Assembly: GCF_006345805.1 (NCBI RefSeq)
Contig: NC_043001.1
Location: forward strand, 21,700,001-21,764,000
DNA from: Octopus sinensis
Taxonomy: Eukaryota
Direction of reading: 5' to 3'
DNA length: 64,000 nt
The notes beneath the pieces are model-generated. The model saw nothing but the letters and a program-made list of their open reading frames with translations, ran no database searches and was not told the DNA's origin. Numbering within the stretch: the stretch's first letter is position 1; the number at the start of each line of letters is the position of its first letter. A program made the translations under genes and the position numbers. This document shows positions 62,298-64,000 of the stretch, piece after piece.

Positions 62298-62679
62298 TAA
62301 GATTATATTCATATTATACTAGCATTTCAAGTGAAGGGTTACATCATGCTAAATCAGTTGAGACTGAAATTTCTTCTGACTCAACTTAAGGTTGAAATAG
62401 TTTACAACATCCATTTTCCTCCAACCTCTATTTTAGTCAAACCTTAGTAGCCTCATTCTACAGAAGTTGAATTTTACTTGTTATCTAATATATAAAGAAA
62501 ATTCTCTTTTGTATATACAGAAATTCTTTCAAATATCTTTTAGCTACAGATGACCATGACTTTTGAACAAGCACAACCCTTGCCCATAGTAAGCTTATAA
62601 TATTTTCCAACATTTCTAGTTATTTGTCAAAATAATGCTAATTCAACATCATTTTTACATTCACATTTTCCACAGTTGA

Positions 62680-63110
62680 ATACACTGTACAGGTCTTCTC
62701 CCATTTCATGTCCTACCATTTGTTCCATTCCGATGTCATTTCTTTTGTGATTTCAACATCCTGAGATCAACTTCAACCACTTCTGCCCAAATCTCCCTTC
62801 ATCTTCCTCTTGCACTGTTTCTTTCCACATGGATCTCCTGGTACTTCTTTACCCAATTACCAACATCCCCATGTATCGACTCTCTTGCAAAACATCCAAT
62901 TCATCTCATACCTTGTTTTTTGCTCAGTCCATTGTCCATGCACACTTTCATTACACATCCAATGGAGGAGAACGCTAGCTTCATTTCTTTCCTGCTTTTG
63001 TATATCCTCAACATTCAGTATCTACGTCTCACTACCATGCATTATCACACTTCATACACAATCATTGTACAATCTACCCTTTGCACAAACAGAGAATCCC
63101 CTGGTGTCAG
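62680..63110 (-). pseudogene. RTE ORF2 C-terminal fragment, diverged (a further piece at ~61300-61500)
   Basis: KGRLYNDCV...MHGSET...ERNEAS...WMCN, similar to 56270-56750. Confidence 0.6.
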
Positions 63111-63374
63111 TAGAGGAAATAGCTCCCTGAATTTTTACCACCCTATTCTTATTTTGACTAGTATGATTTCAGAGTAGCCTCCACCACTGTTAATTGCATT
63201 GCATAGATAACAGAAGCTTTCAACTACTTCTATAGAACTTTTCAAACATTGTAAAGAGTACATTTTACGGTTATCTTTGAGAGAAAAATTAAAATGAAGC
63301 TTTAAAGCTTGGAACTAGTCAAAGAGTGATATGGCTAAGTTGAAATGGCAGAGATCTTCAGAAATGAAATAATC

Positions 63375-63628
63375 ATCATCATCATTCATCGTTTAACATC
63401 CGCTTTCCATGCTAGCATGGGTTGGACGGTTCAACCGGGGTCTGGGAAGCCAGGAGGCTGCACCAGGCTCCAGTCTAATCTGGCAGTGTTTCTACAGCTG
63501 GATGCTCTTCCTAACGCCAACCACTCCGTGAGTGTAGTGGGTGCTTTTTACGTGCTACCAGCACAGATGCCAGGGGAGGCTGGCAGCGGCCACGATCGGT
63601 TGGTGCCTTTTACGTGCCACAGGCACTC
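63375..63628 (-). mobile_element. RTE 3' UTR-derived element
   Basis: Plus strand CATCATCAT...CGTTTAACATCCGCTTTCCATGCTAGCATGG...GGATGCTCTTCCTAACGCCAACC. Confidence 0.85.
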
Positions 63629-64000
63629 TAATGTAAGAACTCGATGTTGGTAATGTAACCAATACAAATGTCACAGTATCCCATATGAAGTGATAGTTTA
63701 CTCTTCAAATGCAAATAAAACTACATATGTAGCCTTATCTGAGACAATGACCTCTCAAATGCTACAGTCATAACCTACATACCTACACAGCTTGGTCACG
63801 GGTTTAAGTAGTGAAACAACCCATCACACAAATTTATATGAAAGAAAAATGTTCAGATGTTGGTTAACTGTGTAACTAGGAATGATATAAACCATGATCT
63901 GAAAATAATAGGTTTGCTGAATAACAATGAATCTCAAAGAAAGCTTCTTCTCGCAAATTTTCTTTTGTCACCTGCCTTTCTCTTTTGCAAAGTTTATGAT

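Overview
Eukaryotic, AT-rich, microsatellite-dense DNA. The SINE repertoire, (TA)n/(CA)n/(TACA)n load and clustered C2H2 zinc-finger exons suggest an octopus genome (inference, no database check). About 1-46 kb is a mosaic of transposon remnants. These include several tRNA-derived SINE families, Penelope-like elements (PLE), CR1, RTE, L1/Tx1 and R4/Dong-type LINE fragments, mariner, Tc2, Merlin, hAT and piggyBac MITEs, two Helitron families and Helentron/HINE elements. Two minus-strand C2H2 zinc-finger coding exons lie at 48473-49256 and 60410-61152, in a region that looks CpG-depleted. The main hunt result is about a dozen type I hammerhead-ribozyme-like motifs (CUGAnGA, stem II, GAAA, palindromic mini stem III, UH). 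Most sit in PLE termini that form inverted pairs next to (TA)n. One with a long stem I lies in sense orientation 70 nt downstream of the stop codon of the second zinc-finger gene. Also seen: a dimeric SINE subfamily with its own target-site duplications, a SINE-tail-derived 45-bp minisatellite, two Merlin insertions at nearly the same site of a hairpin repeat, and SAL-box-like helices in both zinc-finger proteins. Repeat boundaries were read by eye and are approximate unless TSDs are quoted. No ribozyme activity has been tested.
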